Assembly: GCA_937902105.1 (NCBI GenBank)
Contig: CALGTP010000696.1
Span: forward strand, 1,209-65,208
Source of the DNA: an uncultured Actinomycetes bacterium
GTDB taxonomy: Bacteria; Actinomycetota; Acidimicrobiia; Acidimicrobiales; Ilumatobacteraceae
Length of the DNA stretch: 64,000 nt
Direction of reading: 5' to 3'
Below, in pieces: positions 1 to 8,892 of the stretch. Each line of letters begins with the position of its first letter. Position 1 is the stretch's first letter. Below the pieces are notes generated by a model. That model had not been told where the DNA came from. It did no database searches and saw only the letters and a list, made by a program, of their open reading frames with translations. A program made the translations under genes and the position numbers.

Positions 1-358
1 CTCGGTCGCCAGCGTCAAGTTGATGCGAGGAGACCCCAAGATCAAATAAGGCTCCCGAAAGCTCGGCGATTCCCGCCTGGTTCATCGCTGCCTCCAAATC
101 ATCAAACCGACGATGTTGCGTCACAACTCGTCCAACGAAAGTTGCCAAGCGTTCTTGCGACACAGATAGCGCAACTGGATCTCGATCAAGTCCCAAAATC
201 TTGAGCCCACTGTGGGCGGTTAAAAGAGCAGTGGCATGGCCCGCTCCCCCCAAAGTGGCGTCAAGCACAAAACCATCGGGAACATGACCGAAAATCTCTG
301 TGATCTCGCGGAGCATGACTGGTTGGTGCTCAAAAATCGGCAGGGATGCGTCGATCAT
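1..358 (-). CDS. rsmH: 16S rRNA (cytosine1402-N4)-methyltransferase RsmH, N-terminal part (gene continues past the left window edge)
   Basis: The minus-strand frame is open from position 1 up to an ATG at 358-356. My hand translation MIDASLPIFEHQPVMLREITEIF...VLDATLGGAGHATALL matches the RsmH SAM-binding N-terminus. The ATG overlaps the mraZ stop (ATGA), and the position directly downstream of mraZ is canonical. Confidence 0.85.
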   Translation of the reverse strand, partial: MIDASLPIFEHQPVMLREITEIFGHVPDGFVLDATLGGAGHATALLTAHSGLKILGLDRDPVALSVSQERLATFVGRVVTQHRRFDDLEAAMNQAGIAELSGALFDLGVSSHQLDAGDR

Positions 359-777
359 TCTTCATCGCCACCGATGGCCTGCTGCCCGGCGTTGAGCATG
401 CGCTCGAAACGCGCTGGCTCCCAGATTTCAACCGAGTCAAAGGCCCCCGACACCACAACCTTGGCACCGACGCTCAAGCCGGCGTACTGACGCAAATTCT
501 CGTCAATGGTGATTCGACCTTGCGCATCAACTTGAACTTCAATCATGTTCACGGCCAATGCGCGCAATTCGGCCCGTGTTCGCTCACCTTTTTTCACTGC
601 GGCGGTCATTTCTTCAGCACGCAACTTTGACTCGGCGTCGGTCACCACTCCAATGCACTTGTCATCGCCGAGCAAGAGATAGCAGCGAGGTTCAAGTCGG
701 TTTCGAAAGGTCGCCGGAAGAGCAACGCGACCTTTGGGGTCGAGCTGTCGCTCAAAACGTCCGACAAAACCGTCCAA
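355..777 (-). CDS. mraZ: Transcriptional regulator MraZ
   Basis: 140 aa. The N-terminus FVGRFERQLDPKGRVALPATFR and a second SpoVT/AbrB-like half (VQVDAQGRITIDENLRQYAGL) are typical of MraZ. It has a TTG start preceded by GAGAGG and is followed by rsmH. Confidence 0.9.
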   Translation of the reverse strand: MDGFVGRFERQLDPKGRVALPATFRNRLEPRCYLLLGDDKCIGVVTDAESKLRAEEMTAAVKKGERTRAELRALAVNMIEVQVDAQGRITIDENLRQYAGLSVGAKVVVSGAFDSVEIWEPARFERMLNAGQQAIGGDEE

Positions 778-824
778 CTTGCTGCCTCTCGCTGTGTTTC
801 AGATATCTGATGGGGTGGTCTCTG

Positions 825-879
825 CCTCCACCTCATCCCTATTTCCTCCACTCTGTACCCCACAGACCCCCTTTGTCAA
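825..879 (-). promoter_or_regulatory. Candidate mraZ promoter/operator region: TTGACA (-35-like) plus three GTGG(A/G)G direct repeats
   Basis: On the minus strand there is a perfect TTGACA at 879-874. Downstream lie GTGGGG (863-858), GTGGAGG (851-845) and GTGGAGG (831-825). The -10 is weak (TACAGA). MraZ proteins are known to bind short G-rich direct repeats in their own promoter. Confidence 0.25.
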
Positions 880-945
880 CCATATTTCCCCTATTCGCGC
901 CACTTTTTCATTTTTTTTTTACTAGCAGGTCCAAATAGCCACTTT

Positions 946-994
946 TTTCCGAATTTTCGGTGATTCCTTGAGAAATTCGGAAATGTCCTCAAGG
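946..994 (+). promoter_or_regulatory. Nested inverted repeats (two interleaved stems) in the mraZ / M23-peptidase divergent intergenic region
   Basis: Stem 1 pairs tttccgaattt (946-956) with aaattcggaaa (973-983), 11 perfect bp. Stem 2 pairs ccttgag (966-972) with ctcaagg (988-994), 7 perfect bp. The order a-b-a'-b' is followed by the pyrimidine run ttcctccccc. Confidence 0.35.
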
Positions 995-1023
995 TTCCTC
1001 CCCCAACCTGCCGATACCTCTGC

Positions 1024-2730
1024 GTGCCAATAACGACCACCTACTCGCAGAACAGCGCCCCTCGGCACCCAGTTCGACAGATCTGGTTTTTTAGCGTGAC
1101 CATGCTCATCTCTGTGCTGGTCTTTTCTCCCGTGGCCAATGCCCATTCCGTTCCCCCCTCCCAGACGGGTAAAAATTCCCGAAGTCACCTCTCCATTCAA
1201 TCCAGTTTGAAATTTGGAGCTAAGGGATCAGCGGTTGTTGCCCTTCAAAAGGCACTGATCAACCGCGGCGTGGCTGTCAAGGGTGGCGCTGACGGCATCT
1301 TCGGCAAAGTGACCCGCAAAGCTCTGAAAACTTTCCAATCCAACAACGAATTGATCCGCAATGGAAAACTCAATTCAACAACTGCTTACTTGCTGGGACT
1401 TGGACCAATCCCAACGTTGCCGAAGCGCGGACAACGCGGCATCGCAGTCACCCGACTCCAGCAGGCACTGATTAATTCATCAATTTCTGTTAGGGGCGGC
1501 GCAGACGGGATTTTTGGCGGCGCAACAGCAGCGGCAATTACAGCATTCCAAACATCTCATGGCATCAACGTCACCGGTGTCGTGGACCTCACGACCGCTA
1601 TCGCTCTTGGCCTCGTTCCCGGAAGCAAACGCCTCAGTGCCAAACCCACGACTACCACGAAGGTTGCGCCGACAACGACAACCACGACAGTTGCGCCGAC
1701 AACGACAACCACGACAGTTGCGCCGACAACGACGACGACAACCACCACAACGACTGTGCCGATCGTTGCCGTATTCGCCGCTGTGGGTCAAACAGGTGAA
1801 AACGTCAAGACTCTCCAGAAAGCTTTGCTGACCTCTGGAGTCGCTCTTCGAGGCGGCGCGGATGGCAAGTTTGGACCTGCCACGACAGCGGCAATCAAGG
1901 AATTTCAAACTGCATTACAAATTACCTCGACGGGCATTGTTGATCAACTTACCGCTCAACTTCTTGGACTTGTGGCTGGACCTGCTCTCCCGAAATTGGG
2001 TGACTCTGGTTCATCTGTGGCAACGATGCAGACACTCCTGATCAGCGCTGCGATCACATTTCCTGGTGGCGCAGACGGAAAGTTTGGGCCTGCCACACAA
2101 AAGGCAATCGCCACATACCAAACGACTCAGGGTTTTGCTGCTACCGGAATCGTCAATCTCTTGACGGCCCTCGCTCTCGGAGTTATTCCAGGACGGATCG
2201 TCACCAGCGTCCCAACGACCAATACATCAGTGCCTCCAACTACAGCGCCACCTGCGCCACCTGCAATAACAGTGGCTGTCTTTCCAGTTCTTGGGCCGTG
2301 CTGGTTCGGTGACACATGGCAAGCACCCCGCTCTGGTGGTCGTCAGCACGAAGGTGTCGACATCATCGCCAAGTCAGGCACACCGCTCTACGCTGCCAAC
2401 GACGGAAGAATTTCGCGCCAATCTTTTGACCGTGTCGGATCCTTGGGGGGCAACACAATCACCCTCACGGCGGCTGACGGAACGTACTTTTACTACGCCC
2501 ACCTCTCCACCTTCGCCGATGGCATCGGTGTCGGATCCGAAGTCGTGGCCGGACAAGTCATTGGATATGTCGGCAGTACCGGCAGCAGTTCAACACCCCA
2601 CTTACACTTCGAATATCATCCCTACGGTGGAGCGGCAGTCAACCCGTATCCCCCGGTCAAAGCCATTGACGGATGCAAGATCACAACTCCTCCGACGACT
2701 ATTCCTCCGACGACAACTATTGCCCCTTGA
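1024..2730 (+). CDS. Secreted peptidoglycan hydrolase: four PG-binding (PG_binding_1-like) repeats plus a C-terminal M23 (LytM-type) metallopeptidase
   Basis: The N-terminus looks like a signal peptide (...[12 protein letters not shown]). The motif G..V..LQ.AL......GGADG.FG..T..A...FQ occurs four times. The C-terminus carries HEGVDI...GNTITL...YAHL...[15 protein letters not shown], an M23 signature. The start is uncertain: GTG 1024, or GTG 1096 / ATG 1102. Confidence 0.85.
   Translation: MPITTTYSQNSAPRHPVRQIWFFSVTMLISVLVFSPVANAHSVPPSQTGKNSRSHLSIQSSLKFGAKGSAVVALQKALINRGVAVKGGADGIFGKVTRKALKTFQSNNELIRNGKLNSTTAYLLGLGPIPTLPKRGQRGIAVTRLQQALINSSISVRGGADGIFGGATAAAITAFQTSHGINVTGVVDLTTAIALGLVPGSKRLSAKPTTTTKVAPTTTTTTVAPTTTTTTVAPTTTTTTTTTTVPIVAVFAAVGQTGENVKTLQKALLTSGVALRGGADGKFGPATTAAIKEFQTALQITSTGIVDQLTAQLLGLVAGPALPKLGDSGSSVATMQTLLISAAITFPGGADGKFGPATQKAIATYQTTQGFAATGIVNLLTALALGVIPGRIVTSVPTTNTSVPPTTAPPAPPAITVAVFPVLGPCWFGDTWQAPRSGGRQHEGVDIIAKSGTPLYAANDGRISRQSFDRVGSLGGNTITLTAADGTYFYYAHLSTFADGIGVGSEVVAGQVIGYVGSTGSSSTPHLHFEYHPYGGAAVNPYPPVKAIDGCKITTPPTTIPPTTTIAP
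1663..1743 (+). repeat. 27-nt in-frame tandem repeat encoding (VAPTTTTTT)n inside the M23 peptidase gene
   Basis: The unit gttgcgccgacaacgacaaccacgaca occurs at 1663-1689 and identically at 1690-1716. A third, diverged copy runs into a poly-Thr tract (TTTTTTTTTT). Confidence 0.85.
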
Positions 2731-3397
2731 TACTGAGCCTTTCTTCTAGTGCATCAAACAGTGCTTGCCCCACGAGATGAGCATCAAGAGAAATGTCGCT
2801 ACCACAGTGAAAAATGTCCTCAAGATTCGGTTTGGGCACATTGATGAGAGCCAACAAAATCTCTGGTCTCCAAGCAAGCGATACAACTATTTGAAAACGC
2901 ACCCACTCGCGAGTTCTGCGCTGGCTGATGCCGACGACCTTACGCCCATTGCTCGTGAATACTTCTCCTGGACCCCGACCCGCAAAACAAATAAGCGTTG
3001 ACCAGTCAGATTTCTCCATTGCTGTTTCATGAAGAGTTAGATCAACCACGCCAAGATCGGTCAGAACTTGTTGAAACAACTTCCCTAACCACAACGGAGC
3101 CTGACCGATATCGCTGACGGACAGTTCATGTGTAGCAGGCAGCACAACATCAATCCACACTGTTGTCTCGCTTGAGAGCAGCACTGCCCCGCCGCCACTG
3201 CGACGCTTCACTATTTCAATGCCACGTTTGCGACATTCCGTTGAATCGACAATTGAAAGATTCTGCGTCGATCCCAAGACCAACGCCGATTGATTCGGTG
3301 TGAACCACCAGATATGAGGATGAGGATCAGTCGGCAATGGTCGAGCGTGAAAATCTACCGCCGAGCCAAGGACAATCTCTGTCACAATGCCAGTCAT
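2717..3397 (-). CDS. Biotin/lipoate A/B protein ligase family protein (LplA/LipB-like)
   Basis: The ORF spans 2717-3421. The internal ATG at 3397 overlaps the HNH stop (TGATG) and is the likelier start. Motifs ...ALVLGSTQ...[15 protein letters not shown]... resemble the BPL/LPL catalytic domain. The family call is moderate and no specific enzyme is assigned. Confidence 0.6.
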   Translation of the reverse strand: MTGIVTEIVLGSAVDFHARPLPTDPHPHIWWFTPNQSALVLGSTQNLSIVDSTECRKRGIEIVKRRSGGGAVLLSSETTVWIDVVLPATHELSVSDIGQAPLWLGKLFQQVLTDLGVVDLTLHETAMEKSDWSTLICFAGRGPGEVFTSNGRKVVGISQRRTREWVRFQIVVSLAWRPEILLALINVPKPNLEDIFHCGSDISLDAHLVGQALFDALEERLSIKGQ

Positions 3398-3888
3398 CAC
3401 TGCGCCAGATATGGTTTCCACAGATCAGGCACGCTTCCTGCAGCAACGGTCACCCACGCTAATTCCTTGGGAATCAGCGGTGTTTTCGCCAATTTCATTC
3501 CAGCCTCATCCGGAGTCCGATCTCGCTTACCTAGATTGCATTTGCGACAGGCGGCAACCACATTTTCCCAAATATGCAGACCTCCTCGCGAACGGGGCAT
3601 GACATGATCAAGTGAATCGGCGATTCCAGCGCAGTACTGACAGCGATTGTCATCGCGTGCGAAAACGGCGCGTCGCGATAACGAGGTACGACGGTGATAC
3701 GGCACCTTGACTACATAGCGCAGACGAATGACCGATGGATTTGGCAAAGACAAGCGCTCCGAACGAAGAAAACTTTCATCGTGTTCAATGAGGTCAGCCT
3801 TATCGCCCAAAACAAGACAAATAGCGCGACGCGACGACACCACACTCAGCGGCTCATAAGTTGCGTTTAGAACGAGGGCGCTTTGCAT
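3397..3888 (-). CDS. HNH endonuclease (conserved stand-alone actinobacterial type)
   Basis: 163 aa. The motif CQYCAG...DHVMPRSRGG...WENVVAACRKCNLGKRDRTP is an HNH (Cys4 plus His-Asn-His) signature. The N-terminal LNATYEPLSVVS.RRA is typical of this conserved family. Confidence 0.8.
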   Translation of the reverse strand: MQSALVLNATYEPLSVVSSRRAICLVLGDKADLIEHDESFLRSERLSLPNPSVIRLRYVVKVPYHRRTSLSRRAVFARDDNRCQYCAGIADSLDHVMPRSRGGLHIWENVVAACRKCNLGKRDRTPDEAGMKLAKTPLIPKELAWVTVAAGSVPDLWKPYLAQ

Positions 3889-3929
3889 CAGTGATTAACG
3901 GCCTTGCGCGCAATGAAACAAGAAAAAAT

Positions 3930-4196
3930 TCACGATTGTGCATCCCATTCGCGCACCCAACGCAAATACCTCAGGACATCAGGCAAGTTTGCCTGCGGCG
4001 AATGACCGCCGTATTGCGTCTCAAGGCGAAACTTCAGGTAGTCCTTTCGAGGAATTGGCAGATACGGCCAATGAGCCCACCACCTCTGTGGAATCATCCG
4101 AGCACCGACGCTGAGTGCTATGAGCCAATAATGCGGGCGCAGCAACAGTCCGAGAATGATCATCATCATGCTCTGCGTGCGACGAAAAATAGACAT
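3930..4196 (-). CDS. Small hypothetical membrane protein
   Basis: 88 aa. It has a hydrophobic N-terminal segment (MMMIILGLLLRPHYWLIALSV) followed by PIPRKDYLKFRLETQYG. Its ATG lies 2 nt after the acyl-CoA dehydrogenase stop, an operon position. No function recognised. Confidence 0.5.
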   Translation of the reverse strand: MSIFRRTQSMMMIILGLLLRPHYWLIALSVGARMIPQRWWAHWPYLPIPRKDYLKFRLETQYGGHSPQANLPDVLRYLRWVREWDAQS

Positions 4197-4198
4197 AC

Positions 4199-5413
4199 CT
4201 AGCGCGGTTCCTTTGGAAGTCCAAGCACCATTTCACCAATGATATTCGACTGAACCTGTGAGGATCCTGCGTAAATAGTTCCTGCCCGAGCATTGAGAAA
4301 TGCACCAGTCCAACTGGCGCTTGAGTTCGGAGCACTGCGATCATCGGGTTGGAAAGCATTTAATGGTTGGCGTCCCTCAGGGCACATCGCTGCTGCGCCA
4401 AGAATTTCTAGAGATATCTCGGTCACTGCCTGATGATATTCACTCCAATAGCGCTTAAAGATTCCACCATCTGGACCCGGATGACCGCCCTGCAAAAACT
4501 TAGTCAGCGTTCGCAAACCGAGATAACGCATGATTTGCACCTGCGAATAAGCCCATGCCAACTTCTGACGCATACGTGGATCTTGGTCGACTCCGTATTC
4601 TTTGGCCAACAACAACAGACGATCCAGTTCAGCCTGGAAACGCACCGGCACAGTAGCTGCACCTTCACCACGTTCGTATCCCAACAATGTCATCGCTACC
4701 GCCCAGCCATTATTCAGTCCACCGATGACATTTTCTTTCGGGCACACCGCATCGGTATAGAAAACCTCATTAAATTCGCTGTCACCGTTGATCATTTTGA
4801 TGGGGCGAACTTCAATTCCTGGCTGGCGCATATCGACGAGAAGAAAGGAGATCCCCTTATGCTTCGGGCTGTCTGGGTCTGTACGTGCCAAAGTAAAAAT
4901 GTGATCAGCCAAATGTCCCGCCGATGTCCAAATCTTCTGACCATTGAGGATCCACTGATCTCCGTCAAGAGTGGCCCGAAGCCCCAAACTTCCTAAATCG
5001 CTTCCTGCATTGGGTTCGCTATAACCCTGGCACCAGACATCTTCGTTCGACAAAATCCGCGGCAAGTAATACTCTTTTTGCTCCTCGGTGCCCCACGCCA
5101 GCAGAGTGTTGCCGAGCATCGTGATACCAAAAGCATCGTTACTTCCACCTGTCGGCACACCGGCCTTGGCGAATTCCTCTGCCAAAATCACCTGCTCAAG
5201 AGCCGACATTCCGCCGCCGCCATAAATCGCTGGCCAACCAGGGGCTAAATAGCACTGGTGATAGAGAATCTTGCGCCACTCGGTGACCCACGCTTGGGCT
5301 TCATCGGCGGGCAAGGTGCCGATGCCCTGCCAATCATCGGAAAGATTGGCCTTCAAAAATAACTGTACTTGACCTCGAAAAACCTCTACTTCGGAGTCGT
5401 AAATCGGACGCAC
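4199..5413 (-). CDS. Acyl-CoA dehydrogenase family protein
   Basis: 404 aa. The motifs ...CQGYSEPNAGSDLGSLGLRATLDGDQWILNGQKIWTSAGHLAD... and a C-terminal ...IYAGSSQVQSNIIGE..LGLP are ACAD signatures. Confidence 0.9.
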   Translation of the reverse strand: MRPIYDSEVEVFRGQVQLFLKANLSDDWQGIGTLPADEAQAWVTEWRKILYHQCYLAPGWPAIYGGGGMSALEQVILAEEFAKAGVPTGGSNDAFGITMLGNTLLAWGTEEQKEYYLPRILSNEDVWCQGYSEPNAGSDLGSLGLRATLDGDQWILNGQKIWTSAGHLADHIFTLARTDPDSPKHKGISFLLVDMRQPGIEVRPIKMINGDSEFNEVFYTDAVCPKENVIGGLNNGWAVAMTLLGYERGEGAATVPVRFQAELDRLLLLAKEYGVDQDPRMRQKLAWAYSQVQIMRYLGLRTLTKFLQGGHPGPDGGIFKRYWSEYHQAVTEISLEILGAAAMCPEGRQPLNAFQPDDRSAPNSSASWTGAFLNARAGTIYAGSSQVQSNIIGEMVLGLPKEPR

Positions 5414-5436
5414 AGGTGTGAACCTAGTCGCGATCC

Positions 5437-6333
5437 TCAGGTTTCGCCGATCTTGCGACGCGCAATTGCTGCCGCGCCAATCAAAGCAGAGCTATTGCCG
5501 AGTCCCACTGGGACAATATCCACCCCAGCCAAGAAGGACAGTTTGGATCGCAGGACGAATTCAGTGTTGGCCGCCTGAAAAAATGCTTCTCCCCATCCGA
5601 GAGCGACACTGCCTCCCACAACAACCCGCGAAATATCGGCCACTGCCGCCACGCTGGCACATGCACGACCTAAAAGTTGTCCACTCCGTTGGACCACATT
5701 GGCGGGCGCGTACATTGGGTCACGACCAGTCTGTAAAAGAATGGCGGGCCCTGAGATATACGCCTCAAGACACCCAAAACCCCCACATAAGCAGGCGCGC
5801 CCATCGGGTTCAACAATGATGTGACCAATATGCCCAGCATTACCTTGACGCCCATCGAGAAGCTGTGACTCCAGCACTAATCCTGCTCCCACCCCAGTAC
5901 CGACAACCACTGCCATGAAGTTTTGCAGGTGCGCTGTAGCCCCCATCCAACCCTCAGAGAGAGCCAATGCTTTGGCATCGTTATCCACGAAAGTTGGCAG
6001 AGCAGTGATTTCAGCCACCATCGAGCACAACTCAAAGTCATGCCATGCCGCAATGTGCAACGGCGACACCTTCTCGCCGTTGAGGGTCATCGGCCCACCG
6101 CATGCCACGCCGCAAGCCAGCAACTCAACATCTGAAATTGAAGCCTGAACTCTTTTGATCAGGTTTGCCAACGTTGTCCACGGGTCACGCGCTGGCGTCG
6201 GCACCCGATCTCTCAGAATGATCTTCCCATCAAGGTCTACCACCGCCGCCGCCAACTTGGTTCCCCCAATATCAACAGCCAAAATTGCAGCAACTCTTTC
6301 TTGCTCTTTGACGATGCCTAACACTGTTGACAT
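5437..6333 (-). CDS. ROK family sugar kinase
   Basis: 298 aa. DIGGTKLAAAVVD is the ATP-binding motif and GHIGHIIVEPDGRACLCGGFGCLEAYISG is the ROK zinc motif. Confidence 0.85.
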   Translation of the reverse strand: MSTVLGIVKEQERVAAILAVDIGGTKLAAAVVDLDGKIILRDRVPTPARDPWTTLANLIKRVQASISDVELLACGVACGGPMTLNGEKVSPLHIAAWHDFELCSMVAEITALPTFVDNDAKALALSEGWMGATAHLQNFMAVVVGTGVGAGLVLESQLLDGRQGNAGHIGHIIVEPDGRACLCGGFGCLEAYISGPAILLQTGRDPMYAPANVVQRSGQLLGRACASVAAVADISRVVVGGSVALGWGEAFFQAANTEFVLRSKLSFLAGVDIVPVGLGNSSALIGAAAIARRKIGET

Positions 6334-6365
6334 GTATCCCTCGACACAACTATTCGGTGTCAGTG

Positions 6366-6701
6366 CTAAGGAAGTCGACGACCTGCAGAAGCTCGGGCTT
6401 TGCGAATCGCTCCCGCAACATCTTGAAGTCCCGCTTTACCCATTGCCCGCGCATTGCGTTCAATAACAGCTGTCAGCGCCAACATCGCCACAAAGGCTAC
6501 GAAGGCGGCCATGAAGTGCACTTGTAAAAGGGCGACAAGAAGCGCCAGTCCGATAACTAAACCAAAGATCGCTCGACGGACAGTTCGCGCCGAATGGGAG
6601 TACAAACCGGATGGGGACACTGCTTGGGCAAACTTTGAGTCATTTTGTAGTTCTTGTTCGATTTGTCGCAGTATGCGCTGTTCATCATCTGACAAAGACA
6701 T
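6366..6701 (-). CDS. DUF3040-type small membrane protein
   Basis: The N-terminus MSLSDDEQRILRQIEQEL is followed by two hydrophobic segments, the characteristic actinobacterial DUF3040 architecture. Confidence 0.7.
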   Translation of the reverse strand: MSLSDDEQRILRQIEQELQNDSKFAQAVSPSGLYSHSARTVRRAIFGLVIGLALLVALLQVHFMAAFVAFVAMLALTAVIERNARAMGKAGLQDVAGAIRKARASAGRRLP

Positions 6702-6786
6702 GGGTCACCTCCTGGTTATTGCTGGAATGTCACTGAGTAGATCCTTAGTCTTACAGCCCCGCCACCTGAAATCAAAGCATGGGCAA

Positions 6787-8148
6787 TCATTTCGCGTCAT
6801 TGCCGTTCGGCCCCCATGGCGATTCTCCAAGTTTGCGTCTGTCGGGTCGCGCAAGCGCGCTGAACGGGTTGATCGCATCGCGTCCAAACCTTTTTCGTAT
6901 CTCATCAATCGCCGCACTTGCTGAACTCCAGTGACCATCAATATCAGCCGCCGTCTGACCCCCACCCGAATCGCTCTCTTGAGCGAGCGCGTCAAACCCA
7001 AGTAATGAAAGTTGCTCAACTGGTTCCACCAAACCACTCACGCTAAAACCGATCAAACGCACTCCGACGGAGGGATCGATGAGTTCCAAAACTGACTCCA
7101 AGGCCTTGACCATCGCTGGCGCCGAGGACAGAGGTGATCCTGGAGTCGTTGAACGAGTAATCGTCTCAAAGTTCGCATAGCGGATCTTTAATGTCAAAGT
7201 GCGAGCAGCGCAGCCGTGAGCACGCAAGCGACTAGCGACTGCATCAGCCAGTCGCACAACCTCACGGCGCATCCCATCGCGATCGGTGATGTCATGAGAG
7301 AAGGTCTCTTCGTGACCGATAGATTTCAGATCTCGCTCAACTTCAACAGGGCGATCATCAACTCCCTTGGCTAACGCAAACAAATGGCGGCCATGCGATT
7401 TTCCTAGCGCATGTTCCAAATTCGTTGCGCCCAGAGTGATCAAATCACCAACAACTCGAATTCCTAGTCGTTCCAATTTCGCCAAGGTTGCTGGGCCCAC
7501 ACCCCATAAGGATTTCACTGGAAGGGGATGCAAAAATTCCAATTCGTGACCAGGCGTGATGCACAACACTCCATGACCGGCTTCGATGCCCGTTGCCGTA
7601 GGTATCGGCTTGGCTTTTTTTGAGGCCAACTTGGCAATGAATTTTGAACTAGCAACTCCTACTGCACAAGCGAGATCAAGTTCCTCGGCAATCTGTTGTT
7701 TGATTTTCCAACCAATCATCGTGCCATTACCAAAAAGATTGACCGAGCCGGTCACATCAAGAAATGCCTCGTCAAGACCTATCGGCTCAATGAACGGGGT
7801 GTACCTTGCAAAAATTTCGTGTACCTGAGCGCTGACCGACGAATATTCTGCGTAGTCACCGGCAAGAAAAACTGCATCTGGACACAGTCGCCGAGCTTTT
7901 GCAGAAGCCATCGCTGAGAACACCCCATATCGGCGTGCTTCATAGTTCGCTGCCGCTACTACTCCTCGTGCCCCCGAACCACCTACGACAACTGGTTGAC
8001 CCGCTAGTTCTGGATGCCGTCGCATTTCTACGGAGACAAAAAATGCGTCCATATCGACGTGAAGAATGGTTCGAGTTGAAGATGGCGAGCGGTCCACTGC
8101 AGGTATCACCGACGTCGACGGCGGTGCCACAGTCGATCCCTGAACCAC
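6787..8148 (-). CDS. dinB: DNA polymerase IV (Y-family)
   Basis: The motifs ILHVDMDAFFVSVE, ...VVGG...RGVV.AANYEAR..GV.S.M and LP...LWGVGP are DinB signatures. The ORF starts at GTG 8148. An in-frame GTG at 8109 forms a GTGA overlap with the upstream ppm1-like stop and may be the true start. Confidence 0.9.
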   Translation of the reverse strand: MVQGSTVAPPSTSVIPAVDRSPSSTRTILHVDMDAFFVSVEMRRHPELAGQPVVVGGSGARGVVAAANYEARRYGVFSAMASAKARRLCPDAVFLAGDYAEYSSVSAQVHEIFARYTPFIEPIGLDEAFLDVTGSVNLFGNGTMIGWKIKQQIAEELDLACAVGVASSKFIAKLASKKAKPIPTATGIEAGHGVLCITPGHELEFLHPLPVKSLWGVGPATLAKLERLGIRVVGDLITLGATNLEHALGKSHGRHLFALAKGVDDRPVEVERDLKSIGHEETFSHDITDRDGMRREVVRLADAVASRLRAHGCAARTLTLKIRYANFETITRSTTPGSPLSSAPAMVKALESVLELIDPSVGVRLIGFSVSGLVEPVEQLSLLGFDALAQESDSGGGQTAADIDGHWSSASAAIDEIRKRFGRDAINPFSALARPDRRKLGESPWGPNGNDAK

Positions 8149-8870
8149 AACTGCGTGACAAGCGTGAAAGCCTCACCAATAATGTGATGATTTAGTTTCG
8201 ATTCGCCAACAATGCGGTCTGTAAATAGGATGGGGACTTCGATCATGCGTGCGCCACTGCGCACTGCGCGATGGGTCATTTCAATTTGGAATCCGTAACC
8301 CTCAGCTCGCACAGTGGAAAAATCCATCTTCCGCAAAACCGAGGCCGAATAAGCCCGGTATCCACTAGTGGCGTCATTGATCGCCAAACCCAACATGCCC
8401 GCCGCGAATCGATTCCCCCAGCGTGAGAGAAAACGCCGTAAAGGTGGCCAATTATCGATCTGACCACCCGGTGTGTAGCGACTTCCTAGGGCGGCATCAG
8501 CACCCATCTCGACGGCGGAGACAATCGCTGGCAGATACATCGGATCATGGGATAGATCGGCGTCCATCTGCACGCAGATCTCTGCACCCATTGACAAGGC
8601 TGTCGTAAATCCCGCACGATAAGCCGCCCCTAAACCCGTCTTGCCGGCGCGACGCAAAACAGCAACTTCTCCTAGACCATCTGTCTGATGGGAGGCTTGA
8701 TAGCGCTCAACAATGTCACCTGTGCCGTCGGGACTGTTGTCATCTACGACCAACAATCTGGCCTGCGGGAGGGCGGCACGAACTCCATTGAGAACTTTCT
8801 CGATGTTTCCAGCCTCGTTATAGGTGGGGATCACCACAACTATTTGACTGGTAAACAAACCTTGGCTCAC
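8106..8870 (-). CDS. Polyprenol-phosphate mannosyltransferase (GT2; Ppm1/dolichol-P-mannose synthase-like)
   Basis: The motifs VVIPTYNEAGNIE, LLVVDDNSPDGTG, ...VQMDADLSHDP... and GY.FQIEM form the GT2 Dpm1-like signature. Confidence 0.85.
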   Translation of the reverse strand: MSQGLFTSQIVVVIPTYNEAGNIEKVLNGVRAALPQARLLVVDDNSPDGTGDIVERYQASHQTDGLGEVAVLRRAGKTGLGAAYRAGFTTALSMGAEICVQMDADLSHDPMYLPAIVSAVEMGADAALGSRYTPGGQIDNWPPLRRFLSRWGNRFAAGMLGLAINDATSGYRAYSASVLRKMDFSTVRAEGYGFQIEMTHRAVRSGARMIEVPILFTDRIVGESKLNHHIIGEAFTLVTQLWFRDRLWHRRRRR

Positions 8871-8892
8871 GTTGTGAGCCTACGATGTTTAC

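Noticed and set aside
900-1023. A ydaO (c-di-AMP) riboswitch upstream of the cell-wall hydrolase gene.
   Set aside because: I could not find the conserved ydaO boxes or its pseudo-two-fold architecture. Only the local interleaved hairpins are present, and these are reported separately. A covariance-model scan would be decisive.
1557-1748. Poly-Val ORFs ([15 protein letters not shown]…; also 37987-38265).
   Set aside because: They are the antisense reading of the Thr-codon (ACN) tracts in the M23 peptidase and mreC genes, so they are artefacts of low-complexity sequence.
3397-3888. The HNH endonuclease as part of a restriction or defence system.
   Set aside because: It is a stand-alone 163-aa protein of a type conserved in core actinobacterial neighbourhoods. 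No methyltransferase, helicase, ATPase or other defence partner is adjacent, and it is translationally coupled to a housekeeping-type ligase-family gene.
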